From positions 1 through 29,409 of IMG/VR virus record IMGVR_UViG_3300025635_000123: a DNA stretch of 29,409 nucleotides; one strand, given 5' to 3'. The notes beneath the pieces are model-generated. The model had not been told where the DNA came from. It made no database searches and saw only the letters and a program-made list of their open reading frames with translations. Positions 18,137 through 26,287 of this stretch are shown here, piece after piece. A program made the translations under genes and the position numbers. The DNA comes from a virus. Its lineage: Duplodnaviria > Caudoviricetes. Each line of letters begins with the position of its first letter. The first letter of the stretch is position 1.

Positions 18137-18417
18137 GCAAGTGTTTTGTACATTTTATGAAAATATGAACGTTGTATTTTACCCGTTGTCCCTTGAGAAA
18201 AGAGCTTCCTTAAACTAGGGATAGACAAGGCAAAAGACTTTGTTCGCTTTCCATCATGCTCAATAATAAAAACTCCCTTTGTGTAAAATTTCTGATTCTC
18301 TATCTGTTCAAGCGCCGCATCTAACGTTTCCCCGTAAAGAACGTTATCACTGTAATTCACATTGAAATGAATCTTATATTGTCCGGTTTCATCCACTTTA
18401 GCTCGTTTTCTAGCCAT
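18133..18417 (-). CDS. Hypothetical basic protein
   Basis: Coupled to the portal start. Confidence 0.65.
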   Translation of the reverse strand: MARKRAKVDETGQYKIHFNVNYSDNVLYGETLDAALEQIENQKFYTKGVFIIEHDGKRTKSFALSIPSLRKLFSQGTTGKIQRSYFHKMYKTLA

Positions 18418-18420
18418 ATT

Positions 18421-18675
18421 TTAACCACGTGGAGTTATACCGAGTTCACGAATATTGATGCGTCCCCCTTTGTTTAACAAATCTTTAAGAATCGCATTTC
18501 TCTCATTTCCCTTACCGAGACCTGCGGAGCGTCTTTTTGCCATCTCAATATCAACCTTAAACGCAGCTCTTTTAGCTACTTCGGTGCAAGTTGGACAACG
18601 GCCATCACCGGCCATATCATCCTCATTCTTGCCTGGGTATTCTTTTGAACATTGAAAGCAAACGGCTGTTTTCAT
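18421..18675 (-). CDS. Small zinc-binding protein
   Basis: CFQC...CPTC. Confidence 0.65.
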   Translation of the reverse strand: MKTAVCFQCSKEYPGKNEDDMAGDGRCPTCTEVAKRAAFKVDIEMAKRRSAGLGKGNERNAILKDLLNKGGRINIRELGITPRG

Positions 18676-18809
18676 ATAGCTGGGTTAATTTCTTTTCTCT
18701 CCTCTTTTTTATGCTGGGGAAGATACACCGAGGCTGAGCAACATTCAGATAAAAAAGCTGCAATAATGTTGCAATATCGACTACATTTCGTACAAACAAA
18801 AATCTTCAC
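18672..18809 (-). CDS. 45-aa Cys-rich protein (not in the ORF track)
   Basis: GTG start, (M)KIFVCTKCSRYCNIIAAFLSECCSASVYLPQHKKEERKEINPAI; ATGA overlap with the next gene. Confidence 0.6.
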   Translation of the reverse strand: MKIFVCTKCSRYCNIIAAFLSECCSASVYLPQHKKEERKEINPAI

Positions 18810-18816
18810 CCTTGTC

Positions 18817-18861
18817 ACTATATCATAGTCACGCTTCTGTCAATTGCTGTTTTGTGGATAA
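18817..18861 (-). promoter_or_regulatory. Candidate promoter with upstream DnaA box
   Basis: TTATCCACA (18861-18853), TTGACA (18843-18838), TGn-TATAGT (18822-18817); spacer only 15 nt. Confidence 0.45.
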
Positions 18862-19017
18862 CTTTCGACATTTCTTATGGGAAGCAAGACGCTCAGTACT
18901 GACCACTTCACCAGTAACAGCATTTTTTGCGGTCTTAACTAACCACTTCACCGCCTGGCCAGGAGCAGCCCACACTGCTTCTCCGCATATGTGACAATTT
19001 CCAATAATTTCGTTCAT
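18829..19017 (-). CDS. Small zinc-finger-like protein
   Basis: CHIC...HKKC; ATGA-coupled to TerL. Confidence 0.6.
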   Translation of the reverse strand: MNEIIGNCHICGEAVWAAPGQAVKWLVKTAKNAVTGEVVSTERLASHKKCRKLSTKQQLTEA

Positions 19018-20261
19018 ACAGCAGGATTTATTCTTTGCTTGTTTTTATGATATGCCATTCCCATAGATGCAAGCCGTTCTTTTCTCTGGATAACAGGGAC
19101 GATTGTTGTCATCGCGTATCTACCGGCGGAGATAGCATGATTCTTACATTTTGGGTCTTCAATATTTAATACCCTCCCCTCCCTATCAGTAGCCCACACA
19201 AGATTACGATACTCCTTGATGAGGTTTACTGAACGTTTTGTCATGGTTATTTTCTCACTCTGTAAGACACCAAAGCTCCACTTAACGAACGTATCGGTAT
19301 TAGTCTCTCCTTTCGTTTTAGAGACTCCCATAATATTGATCCCATAGCTTCGTATTTCATCAATTGATTTCGGCTCTGCCGAGTCAGCGATCGTTAAAAC
19401 TTTTGGTTGATTTATGAGAACATCTGCGATTTGTTTGTTTTGCATCCCCTTCTGGTAAAGAACCTCATCCCAAATATAACCACCGTTGTAGTAGTAAATA
19501 TCAACTATCGCCGTTTCATCGTTTGTATAGCCCAAATCTAGGCCTCTACGCTCCAATCTAGCCTCATGTGGTATCTCATCAATCATCGCCCAATCTTTAA
19601 GAACTTTGAGTTCAGATGAGTTTGGTTCGCCGAGCCACTTATGTTTGAAAAGCGCAGGCCTTCGTTCCCTATCATCCTCCATTTCCAATCTCAACACTTC
19701 CGGCATCCAGCCGTATTTGAGCGCCACGTCATAATTCACATTGATGACGAGCGTGTTCGGTCTACCTTCAATAACTAAACGCTGGTGTACCGGATCGTCC
19801 TCAAATAAACGATTATAGGTATAAATTAACTTAGAACCAGGTTTTCTCACGGTAGGAGTTAACACTTCAATACTGTTTGCTGAAACAGTTTGCGCTTCTT
19901 CAACCCACGCGATGTCGATCCCCTCAATAGACTTAATACTTTGTTCGTTATGCCAAAGTCCTTTGAAAATAAAATCAGAACCGTTTAGTTTATTAATTAT
20001 TGCGTTATTTGTTACTTCAAAATCATTGAGATGATATTTCTCAATTAAATCTTTTAACAACTGATGAGAACTTTCCGCTATTGAGTTTTGAAACTCGCGA
20101 AAACAGCCGACCCTGGTCTTCCTCTGCCTTGCCCGTATAAGCAAAAATCTGGCCACTGTATGGCTTTTAAGACTGTTTCTGCCTCCGTAGATAGCAGCCT
20201 CACGCCAATCGTCGTCAAATAGGCGCTTATATTCAACTGGTATGTCCATCAGACTTTGCAT
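19014..20261 (-). CDS. terL: Terminase large subunit, PBSX family
   Basis: Walker A YGGRNSLKS, REFQNSIAES, IKSIEG, Walker B AWVEEA, nuclease GLDLGYTND, ADSAEPKSI; start taken at MQSL (ORF extends to 20294). Confidence 0.95.
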   Translation of the reverse strand: MQSLMDIPVEYKRLFDDDWREAAIYGGRNSLKSHTVARFLLIRARQRKTRVGCFREFQNSIAESSHQLLKDLIEKYHLNDFEVTNNAIINKLNGSDFIFKGLWHNEQSIKSIEGIDIAWVEEAQTVSANSIEVLTPTVRKPGSKLIYTYNRLFEDDPVHQRLVIEGRPNTLVINVNYDVALKYGWMPEVLRLEMEDDRERRPALFKHKWLGEPNSSELKVLKDWAMIDEIPHEARLERRGLDLGYTNDETAIVDIYYYNGGYIWDEVLYQKGMQNKQIADVLINQPKVLTIADSAEPKSIDEIRSYGINIMGVSKTKGETNTDTFVKWSFGVLQSEKITMTKRSVNLIKEYRNLVWATDREGRVLNIEDPKCKNHAISAGRYAMTTIVPVIQRKERLASMGMAYHKNKQRINPAV

Positions 20262-20607
20262 CAATGAAACGAACAAGTAGCTCTGTTGCGACATTTTCCG
20301 TTGATTTTCCGGTAAGCAACTGATGATTTTTTGTTATCTTATCAAGTCCATCGATCAAATCCCTATATTTTGCTTTATCTCTCGTTAGCTTAAGTCTTTC
20401 TATGATCGCATCTCGTTCCTCCTCAAGTCGTTGGACTAAAGGCGCGACTACAGCTTGAAAACTCTTTGTTTTTTGTATTTTCCCAGAGTGAGCAGTTCTT
20501 GGCGAATACCCCTTTGTTGGAGCTATTTTAGTAATTTCGGGGTTACCACCCATATCAACCTGTTTCAAAACCTCTCTAGCAACTTCTCTTGCAGCTATAC
20601 TTCCCAT
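20233..20607 (-). CDS. terS: Terminase small subunit
   Basis: KGYSPRTA HTH-like motif, QLLTGKSTEN C-terminal motif, overlaps the terL start. Confidence 0.75.
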   Translation of the reverse strand: MGSIAAREVAREVLKQVDMGGNPEITKIAPTKGYSPRTAHSGKIQKTKSFQAVVAPLVQRLEEERDAIIERLKLTRDKAKYRDLIDGLDKITKNHQLLTGKSTENVATELLVRFIDAKSDGHTS

Positions 20608-20614
20608 AGATAAA

Positions 20615-20743
20615 TTACTTTTTCTTGTTTATCTTTGCCATTCTCAATGCAATTGCAATTGCTTGCTTCCTTGGTTTCCCAGCAGAAATTTCTATCTGAA
20701 TATTTTTTCCTATATTTTTCTTTCCCTTAAGAAGCGGTGCCAT
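20615..20743 (-). CDS. 42-aa basic protein, DUF6496-like (not in the ORF track)
   Basis: MAPLLKGKKNIGKNIQIEISAGKPRKQAIAIALRMAKINKKK; the KQAIAIAL motif is typical of this small terminase-adjacent family. Confidence 0.75.
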   Translation of the reverse strand: MAPLLKGKKNIGKNIQIEISAGKPRKQAIAIALRMAKINKKK

Positions 20744-20752
20744 ATGTTTTTA

Positions 20753-20941
20753 TTATACCCTACTTTTTAGCTCGTCGATAAAGATAATTGGGATACCTCC
20801 AACTTTCTTTTCACAAGAGCCACGTAACGTTGTAAACCAAGCATATTGAGAATCCGTCATTTCGATTTGAGTTGGTCTTGTTTCCTCTATCCAAAATCCT
20901 AGACCTGCCATTGAAAACGGTGGCTTATAAGGAAAGTTCAT
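20753..20941 (-). CDS. Hypothetical protein
   Basis: ATGA-coupled ORF. Confidence 0.55.
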   Translation of the reverse strand: MNFPYKPPFSMAGLGFWIEETRPTQIEMTDSQYAWFTTLRGSCEKKVGGIPIIFIDELKSRV

Positions 20942-21117
20942 ATCTCAGAATCAATATTTTGAACAACATCGTTACACTTAATCTTTTTACAAGGAATTCC
21001 ATAATGACAATGCCTTCGCTTTTTCTTCTCAGGAATCATACTTGCCAATTTAGCCACGAAGGTAGCGTCGACGCCTTGTATCCAAAACCTCTCTCGCTCT
21101 GTGTACTCTGAACTCAT
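20938..21117 (-). CDS. Hypothetical protein, likely leaderless
   Basis: TATACT (21130-21125) lies 7 nt before ATG 21117; CHYGIPC...C motif. Confidence 0.45.
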   Translation of the reverse strand: MSSEYTERERFWIQGVDATFVAKLASMIPEKKKRRHCHYGIPCKKIKCNDVVQNIDSEI

Positions 21118-21199
21118 ACCTGTAAGTATACACATAGGAGTACCTCGATCGTGTTTTTTTCAAAAAGTTGGGGAAAACCCACATCGATGGCGCCGCCCT

Positions 21200-21390
21200 G
21201 ATTAGCACACTCATCACACCTAACACACTGTTTCCTTAGAGTATATATAAATATTATTTATACATTGAAGTACTAATAGGAAAAAGGTATGGTATGCTAG
21301 CTTAAGTATGCTAAAAACAGCGATTTTAGCCCGTTTTAGCGGTTTATCCACAGCAAATAGTATGCTAAACGCCAAAAAGTATGCTAATTT
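21200..21390. other. Putative replication origin
   Basis: Four GTATGCTA repeats (21292, 21306, 21360, 21379), inverted TAGCACAC-like copies near 21203-21228, AT-rich core 21241-21280, perfect DnaA box 21344-21352; strand switch next to the primase-helicase gene. Confidence 0.7.
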
Positions 21391-21396
21391 CATTTT

Positions 21397-23508
21397 ATGT
21401 TAAAAACGCAAAAACGTGAGTGGGTGAACTGGAAATTGGAGCCAGTTAGGGGTGTTTTAACCAAAGTTCCGTATCAACCGAACGGAAATAAGGCCGCCAG
21501 TAACCGCGAAAGCACCTGGTCGACGTACGCCGAAGTTAAGGAAAAGGAGCATCTTTTTAATGGTATCGGCATAGTCTTTAATGGGACAAAAGTCGGGATC
21601 GATCTCGATCATGTGATTGAAAACGGCGCCCTAGTCGATAAAGCTTCACGTGACTTGGTGGACGCTTCAAACACGTATACTGAGATATCTCCGTCGGGAA
21701 CCGGACTACATGTTATCTTCAATTTGTCTGAACCTTTTTCTCCTATCTCCAAATCATATAAACCAAACGCGAAATATAAATACGAGTGCTACACCGAAAA
21801 GCGTTTCTTCACCGTAACGGAAAATATCTTTGAAGGTCGTGACACGGTACGCACGGTTGATGCTGTCACTATAGTAGAGATACTTTCAATTATCGGATAC
21901 CCCTGGAAAAAGGAAGTGAAACAAACACCGACGACCCTCGAAGTTGTGGGTCTCCAAGAAGACAAAATACTCGATACGATGTTTCGAGCATCAAACGGAA
22001 TAAATGCGAAGAAACTTTGGGAGGGAGATTCTAGTTTGTACAACAACGATGAATCTGCCGCTGATATGGCCTTCTGTAACCTACTCGCCTTCTATTCAGG
22101 AAAGCGGGCAGACGTAATCGAACGTCTATGGCTCGCGTCACCACGGGGGAATCGTGAAAAAACACGGACACGGAAAGATTATCGTGACCGTACTATAGCC
22201 GCAGCAATTGCTTATACTGAAAATGTTTTTACTGCTGATCGATCTCACGACGATGCGGTCGAGTACATAACGAAAAAGACAAAGAACGGGAACCAAATAC
22301 TACTCTGCACTGAAAATATACAGACATTTCTAAACTCGTCACCTCAATTCGCAGGACGATTCCGTTTTGATCTCTTTAAGCAGAAAATTGAGTTTAAGAA
22401 GCTCGATGTGTGGCAAGACCTGCAGGACGCCGATATTCTTTACGTGCAAAGCATTGTTTCTAGGGTGCATCCGGCCTTCGGCATGGTGTCGCGCACAATG
22501 GTTGAAGATGCTGTCTATTCGAACGCATACTCTCACTCGTTTGATTCTGTTGAGGAATATATAAGCGCTCTTGTGTGGGACGGTGTGCCGCGCCTTGATT
22601 CATGGCTCTCTAAGGCGTATGCGGTTCCCGATGACGCCTACCATCGCGCCGTAGGCTCAAATTGGCTCAAGGGCATGGTACACCGCGCTATGGTGCCTGG
22701 ATGTAAGTTTGACTACGTTCTTGTGCTTGAGGGGCCGCAGGGCTCTAAAAAGAGCATGTCCTTAAGCGCTCTCGCCTCACCCTGGCACGTTGAGACAACG
22801 CAGACCCCGGACAATAAAGACTTCTTCATGCTGTTTCTAGGCCACCTTGTGGTGGAGTTCGCAGAAGGCGAGACCATCTCACGGGCTGAGACGAAGAAAC
22901 TGAAAGCCATCATCACCATGCAGGAGGACGTGCTACGGCTCCCGTATGCCCATACCATATCTACAATCAAACGTCGCTGCGTATTTGCAATGACGACTAA
23001 CGAGGAACACTACCTTAAGGACGATACAGGGAACCGCCGGTGGCTCCCTGTGACCGTAGGGCCAAAGATTGATATTGAATGGATAAAGCAAAACCGCGAG
23101 CAGCTCTTTGCCGAGGCACACTACCGAGTCTCTGTTCTCAAAGAGACAACTTGGGAGTTCCCCAAAGAGGAAACGGAAGCGGCGCAAGCAGAACGTAGGC
23201 TCGTCGACCCACGAGCTGAGGAGATCGAGGATTGGTACATATCTCTATCTGAGGAACAGCGAAACATGGGCATAACGACGAAAATGGCGTTTGACGCAAT
23301 ATCTAACAAGAACACTACCGTTATTCTTCGCGAGCAAAAGATGAATCGGCTTGATGAGATGCAGATAGCGTCGATCCTTAAGACGACGCTACACCTTAAG
23401 AAAAAGCGTGTAATGATAAATGGAATCAATAAGAACCGTTACTTCCCTTCCGAAAAGACTCCGGCGGCGGTATCGCTTGAGCAACAGTTTGAGAACGCCT
23501 TTTTCTAA
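21397..23508 (+). CDS. Primase-polymerase (AEP, NrS-1-like) fused to a VirE/VapE-type helicase ATPase
   Basis: GIDLDH, EISPSGTGLH, helical bundle DESAADMAFCNLLAF, Walker A LEGPQGSKKS, LKDDTGNRRWLP. Confidence 0.9.
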   Translation: MLKTQKREWVNWKLEPVRGVLTKVPYQPNGNKAASNRESTWSTYAEVKEKEHLFNGIGIVFNGTKVGIDLDHVIENGALVDKASRDLVDASNTYTEISPSGTGLHVIFNLSEPFSPISKSYKPNAKYKYECYTEKRFFTVTENIFEGRDTVRTVDAVTIVEILSIIGYPWKKEVKQTPTTLEVVGLQEDKILDTMFRASNGINAKKLWEGDSSLYNNDESAADMAFCNLLAFYSGKRADVIERLWLASPRGNREKTRTRKDYRDRTIAAAIAYTENVFTADRSHDDAVEYITKKTKNGNQILLCTENIQTFLNSSPQFAGRFRFDLFKQKIEFKKLDVWQDLQDADILYVQSIVSRVHPAFGMVSRTMVEDAVYSNAYSHSFDSVEEYISALVWDGVPRLDSWLSKAYAVPDDAYHRAVGSNWLKGMVHRAMVPGCKFDYVLVLEGPQGSKKSMSLSALASPWHVETTQTPDNKDFFMLFLGHLVVEFAEGETISRAETKKLKAIITMQEDVLRLPYAHTISTIKRRCVFAMTTNEEHYLKDDTGNRRWLPVTVGPKIDIEWIKQNREQLFAEAHYRVSVLKETTWEFPKEETEAAQAERRLVDPRAEEIEDWYISLSEEQRNMGITTKMAFDAISNKNTTVILREQKMNRLDEMQIASILKTTLHLKKKRVMINGINKNRYFPSEKTPAAVSLEQQFENAFF

Positions 23509-23510
23509 CC

Positions 23511-23553
23511 TGTGGATAACTCTATATACATCTTTACGGCTAGGCGGTAATAT
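23511..23553 (+). promoter_or_regulatory. Candidate sigma70 promoter with DnaA box
   Basis: TGTGGATAA 23511-19; TATACA-17-TAATAT; TTTACGGC in the spacer. Confidence 0.5.
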
Positions 23554-23580
23554 ATAGGTATTAACCTTAATAGAAATTAT

Positions 23581-23724
23581 ATGTCACACGTACTTGATTT
23601 AAGAGGTAAAAAAATAGAGCGTACAAAAGTCTCATTAGTATTTGATGTAGTAACACAGTTTGCGCTTCTTATTGTAGGGGCAACGATGTTGTTTTACGTG
23701 TTCCCAATAGTATTAGGGTACTAA
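23581..23724 (+). CDS. 47-aa single-pass membrane protein (not in the ORF track)
   Basis: MSHVLDLRGKKIERTKVSLVFDVVTQFALLIVGATMLFYVFPIVLGY. Confidence 0.6.
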   Translation: MSHVLDLRGKKIERTKVSLVFDVVTQFALLIVGATMLFYVFPIVLGY

Positions 23725-23727
23725 TGT

Positions 23728-23847
23728 ATGCGTAAGCCTAACTGGAAAATAATCAATGCGGTAAAGCGAGAGAAGAAAGCCAAGGCCGAGGCCGATCAAT
23801 ATGTTCAAGTTGAGCCAGGTGTATACTTGAGGAGATCGGGAAAGTAA
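23728..23847 (+). CDS. 39-aa basic protein (not in the ORF track)
   Basis: MRKPNWKIINAVKREKKAKAEADQYVQVEPGVYLRRSGK; tight packing with neighbours. Confidence 0.55.
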   Translation: MRKPNWKIINAVKREKKAKAEADQYVQVEPGVYLRRSGK

Positions 23848-23850
23848 CAT

Positions 23851-24030
23851 ATGTCTCCGGCTGACTTTAAAGACATACCTTGCGCGCTCTGCAGAGGTTC
23901 ATACGAAGAAGGTATGGACGTGGGCGCACGCATGGTAGCGGGCAAATTAAAGTGGTGGCATGTACAAAACTGTTGGAAAGAGCCAAAGCCAAGATACATA
24001 AAAAAAGCGTGGTACCATAAGCGGAAATGA
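23851..24030 (+). CDS. 59-aa zinc-finger-like protein (not in the ORF track)
   Basis: CALC...HVQNC; ATGA overlap with the resolvase gene. Confidence 0.6.
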   Translation: MSPADFKDIPCALCRGSYEEGMDVGARMVAGKLKWWHVQNCWKEPKPRYIKKAWYHKRK

Positions 24031-24410
24031 ACGAACGTGCTGTTTATCGCTTCCTACCACCCTTAGAGAACAGTGCCGTTTGGGAGTTAAAGTTCTCAAA
24101 GACAGACTCAATACCTTTTGCTGCGTTAAAAGAACACCAGGTGGCAGGTCTTTTACAGAGCAAAAGGCTGGAGGGCGTTATGTTTAAGTTCCCCGATGTG
24201 GGTATAAATCAACCTCCTTTTGATGGATTTTGGATACGAGGTGCCGAGTTCGCATGGGTCATTGTCCTTTATTATGTTCCACGCAAGCCAAAAGTCTTTT
24301 ACTATATTGATATTGATGACTGGCTTTGCGAGAAAGAGCAATCAAAGCGCAAATCACTAACGAGACAGCGTGCAAGTGAGATCTGTAGATACGAGAAAAC
24401 CGCCCCGTAA
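24027..24410 (+). CDS. RecU-like Holliday junction resolvase (PD-(D/E)xK fold)
   Basis: WELK...IPFAALKEHQVAGL, KFPD...PFDG, FYYIDIDDW, RKSL. Confidence 0.7.
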   Translation: MNERAVYRFLPPLENSAVWELKFSKTDSIPFAALKEHQVAGLLQSKRLEGVMFKFPDVGINQPPFDGFWIRGAEFAWVIVLYYVPRKPKVFYYIDIDDWLCEKEQSKRKSLTRQRASEICRYEKTAP

Positions 24411-24423
24411 GAGGCGGTTTATT
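24396..24423. terminator. Intrinsic terminator between convergent genes, probably bidirectional
   Basis: AAACCGCC-N8-GGCGGTTT with T runs on both strands. Confidence 0.75.
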
Positions 24424-24443
24424 CTCGACCTTATACACTTCGA

Positions 24444-25112
24444 TTAAAAGTTTTCGTTCATTTTTTTAATCAATGCGTCTGCCTCCGCAGCATCGTAACC
24501 AATGCGCCCTAAATTCTCATAGAGAGCATCTGCCTCACTTTTTGGAGCCTCGATCAGATGGTTTTTAGTAATGTAGTCCACGAGGAATAGACGCGCCGTC
24601 ATGAAGTACATTTTCCACTGATCCTTGCTGTACGTGGCTGTATCCCCAGCAGGAGAAGGGTAGCCGTTGACATTCTTCTTTGTTGCAGCGTCGTAGAAGT
24701 AATTGGTAATCTTTTTGCCCTCCTGCGTGACCGTGATACCTTTCTTGGTCTTGCCTGTATCAGTCTCAAAGGCGAATGGTTGCAAGGTGACTGGTTTCTC
24801 GAAGTCTATATTCGGGATTTTTTTCATCATATCCTCTGCATAGCTTGACGATACTCCCATGCATACCACCACATCGTCTATACCGAGGTAGAGTTGGTTG
24901 CCATATTCACCTTCTCGAAAGGTAAGACTGGTAATCATTCCGCTAAGGGTGTCGAATAAATACTCCCACTTACTTCCCACTTTCTTATCTGAAGTCTCAT
25001 ACTCACGCAGCACAGCGCCTTCCGCGCCCTGCTCCGCTTCGAGGTGAAACTTACCATCCGCTAGTATTGTGACGAACTTTACGTTGTCGTTTTTTGTATT
25101 GCTGAGTGCCAT
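24444..25112 (-). CDS. Hypothetical protein, possibly ssDNA-binding or recombination protein
   Basis: 222-aa beta-rich ORF with acidic/aromatic tail, divergent from the exonuclease; function is inference. Confidence 0.5.
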   Translation of the reverse strand: MALSNTKNDNVKFVTILADGKFHLEAEQGAEGAVLREYETSDKKVGSKWEYLFDTLSGMITSLTFREGEYGNQLYLGIDDVVVCMGVSSSYAEDMMKKIPNIDFEKPVTLQPFAFETDTGKTKKGITVTQEGKKITNYFYDAATKKNVNGYPSPAGDTATYSKDQWKMYFMTARLFLVDYITKNHLIEAPKSEADALYENLGRIGYDAAEADALIKKMNENF

Positions 25113-25158
25113 ATAGTTTTATGTTTTGTTAACCTTCATTTGTAATGCACATATCGAC

Positions 25159-25214
25159 CTATCCACAGGATACAGCTTTACAGCCAAGACGCAAGACAGT
25201 ATACTTGTGGACAA
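25159..25214 (+). promoter_or_regulatory. Sigma70 promoter bracketed by two DnaA-like boxes in opposite orientation
   Basis: CTATCCACA 25159-67; TTTACA-17-TATACT (25177-25205); TGTGGACAA 25206-14. Confidence 0.65.
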
Positions 25215-25215
25215 G

Positions 25216-25884
25216 ATGAGTACTGAGGTTGCGTCCTTTTACACACCAAAAAAATGGAAACCGACGTGCATCAGCTATTCATTCGCTCGCTTCTGGTACG
25301 ACAATAAAAAGGCGTTCCGATCTCGGTACTACTATGGGGAAAAACCACCAAGCAATCCTGCATACATATTCGGGAGTGCAATTTCAGACATGATAAAAAA
25401 CGAACCAGACCATCCACTTCTAAAGAATCTGCCACGATATTCAATGGTGGACGAGGAATATACCGTCATGCTCGGCGATGTTCGGTTTGTGTTTCACCCG
25501 GATATGTTTGAGCCTTTTACGTTCTCATTTCGAGAAATAAAAACAGGGATGCAAATATCAGGAGGTGTACCATCTTGGACGCAAGAAAAGGTTAACAACC
25601 ATATGCAGCTTGATTGCTACTCGCTTGGGATCGAGTCTCTCTTTGGACAAGTGAACGAACTATGCCACCTCGACTGGCTCGTGAAAGTTAGGCGCGATTC
25701 TTCGGTACTCCCATCAAAAACGAAGGCCGCGCTTGGAGTTGAGGGAGAGATTGCATTTGAAGGTGAAGTGATTACATTTGAGCGCGTTATCTCATCAGCG
25801 GAACGATACCGCGCGAAAGAATGGTTACTGCAAGCATTTTATGAGATTTTAGCGGATTTTAATAACGAAAAGAAAAATCTATGA
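25216..25884 (+). CDS. PD-(D/E)xK exonuclease (RecB/Cas4-like)
   Basis: ISYS, FGSAI, HPDMF, REIKTG, QLDCY; ATG 25216 preferred because the TTG extension overlaps the promoter. Confidence 0.8.
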   Translation: MSTEVASFYTPKKWKPTCISYSFARFWYDNKKAFRSRYYYGEKPPSNPAYIFGSAISDMIKNEPDHPLLKNLPRYSMVDEEYTVMLGDVRFVFHPDMFEPFTFSFREIKTGMQISGGVPSWTQEKVNNHMQLDCYSLGIESLFGQVNELCHLDWLVKVRRDSSVLPSKTKAALGVEGEIAFEGEVITFERVISSAERYRAKEWLLQAFYEILADFNNEKKNL

Positions 25885-26039
25885 ATCACGAAGATGTCAT
25901 CAAGGAACACTACAAAAAAATCGCTTCTCTCGGCGGCAAGAAGATCGCGGAACGCGGGCCAGACTATATGCGTGAACTTCAGAAGAAAGGAGTAGAAGCG
26001 AGAAAGCGCAGAAAGGCCGCAAAAGTTATCCCCAACTAG
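25881..26039 (+). CDS. 52-aa KGG-motif (YciG/GsiB-like) basic protein (not in the ORF track)
   Basis: YKKIASLGGKK...GPDYMRELQKKG; ATGA coupling. Confidence 0.7.
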   Translation: MNHEDVIKEHYKKIASLGGKKIAERGPDYMRELQKKGVEARKRRKAAKVIPN

Positions 26040-26071
26040 CTATTGCTCATTTACGGCATAGCTGATATATT
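26026..26071 (+). promoter_or_regulatory. Early sigma70 promoter
   Basis: TTATCCCCA 26026-34; TTGCTC-17-TATATT with extended TG; TTTACGGC in the spacer. Confidence 0.65.
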
Positions 26072-26088
26072 TTATTGAGAGATGAACA

Positions 26089-26287
26089 AGGGCGGGGTAG
26101 TCCGCGATGGATACAATAAACACCAAGATGTACATAGGTGTCACGTATCTATCGCAGACTCCCCCTACCCTCAGCAAAATCTCGAATCGTTCCTTGCGCT
26201 CTCTCATTCCTCATCCATTCTTTCGATACCGGTGCGCCGGTCGGCTACTCGCAAGGAAGCCCCAGTGGATGAGGAGTGACAGAGATT
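26089..26287 (+). ncRNA. Structured leader RNA or ncRNA of unknown family
   Basis: Long hairpin 26089-26171; 16-bp stem 26204-19/26264-79 enclosing two hairpins; G-U pairs form only on the + strand. Confidence 0.6.

Noticed and set aside
21789-23429. Minus-strand and off-frame ORFs inside the primase-helicase gene
   Set aside because: Fully nested shadows with no independent initiation signals
25216-25884. Exonuclease as part of a CRISPR-Cas system
   Set aside because: Solo PD-(D/E)xK nucleases are common in phages; no four-Cys Fe-S pattern and no other cas genes
26200-26285. tRNA gene
   Set aside because: Closing stem too long, only two arms, no correctly placed T-loop or CCA
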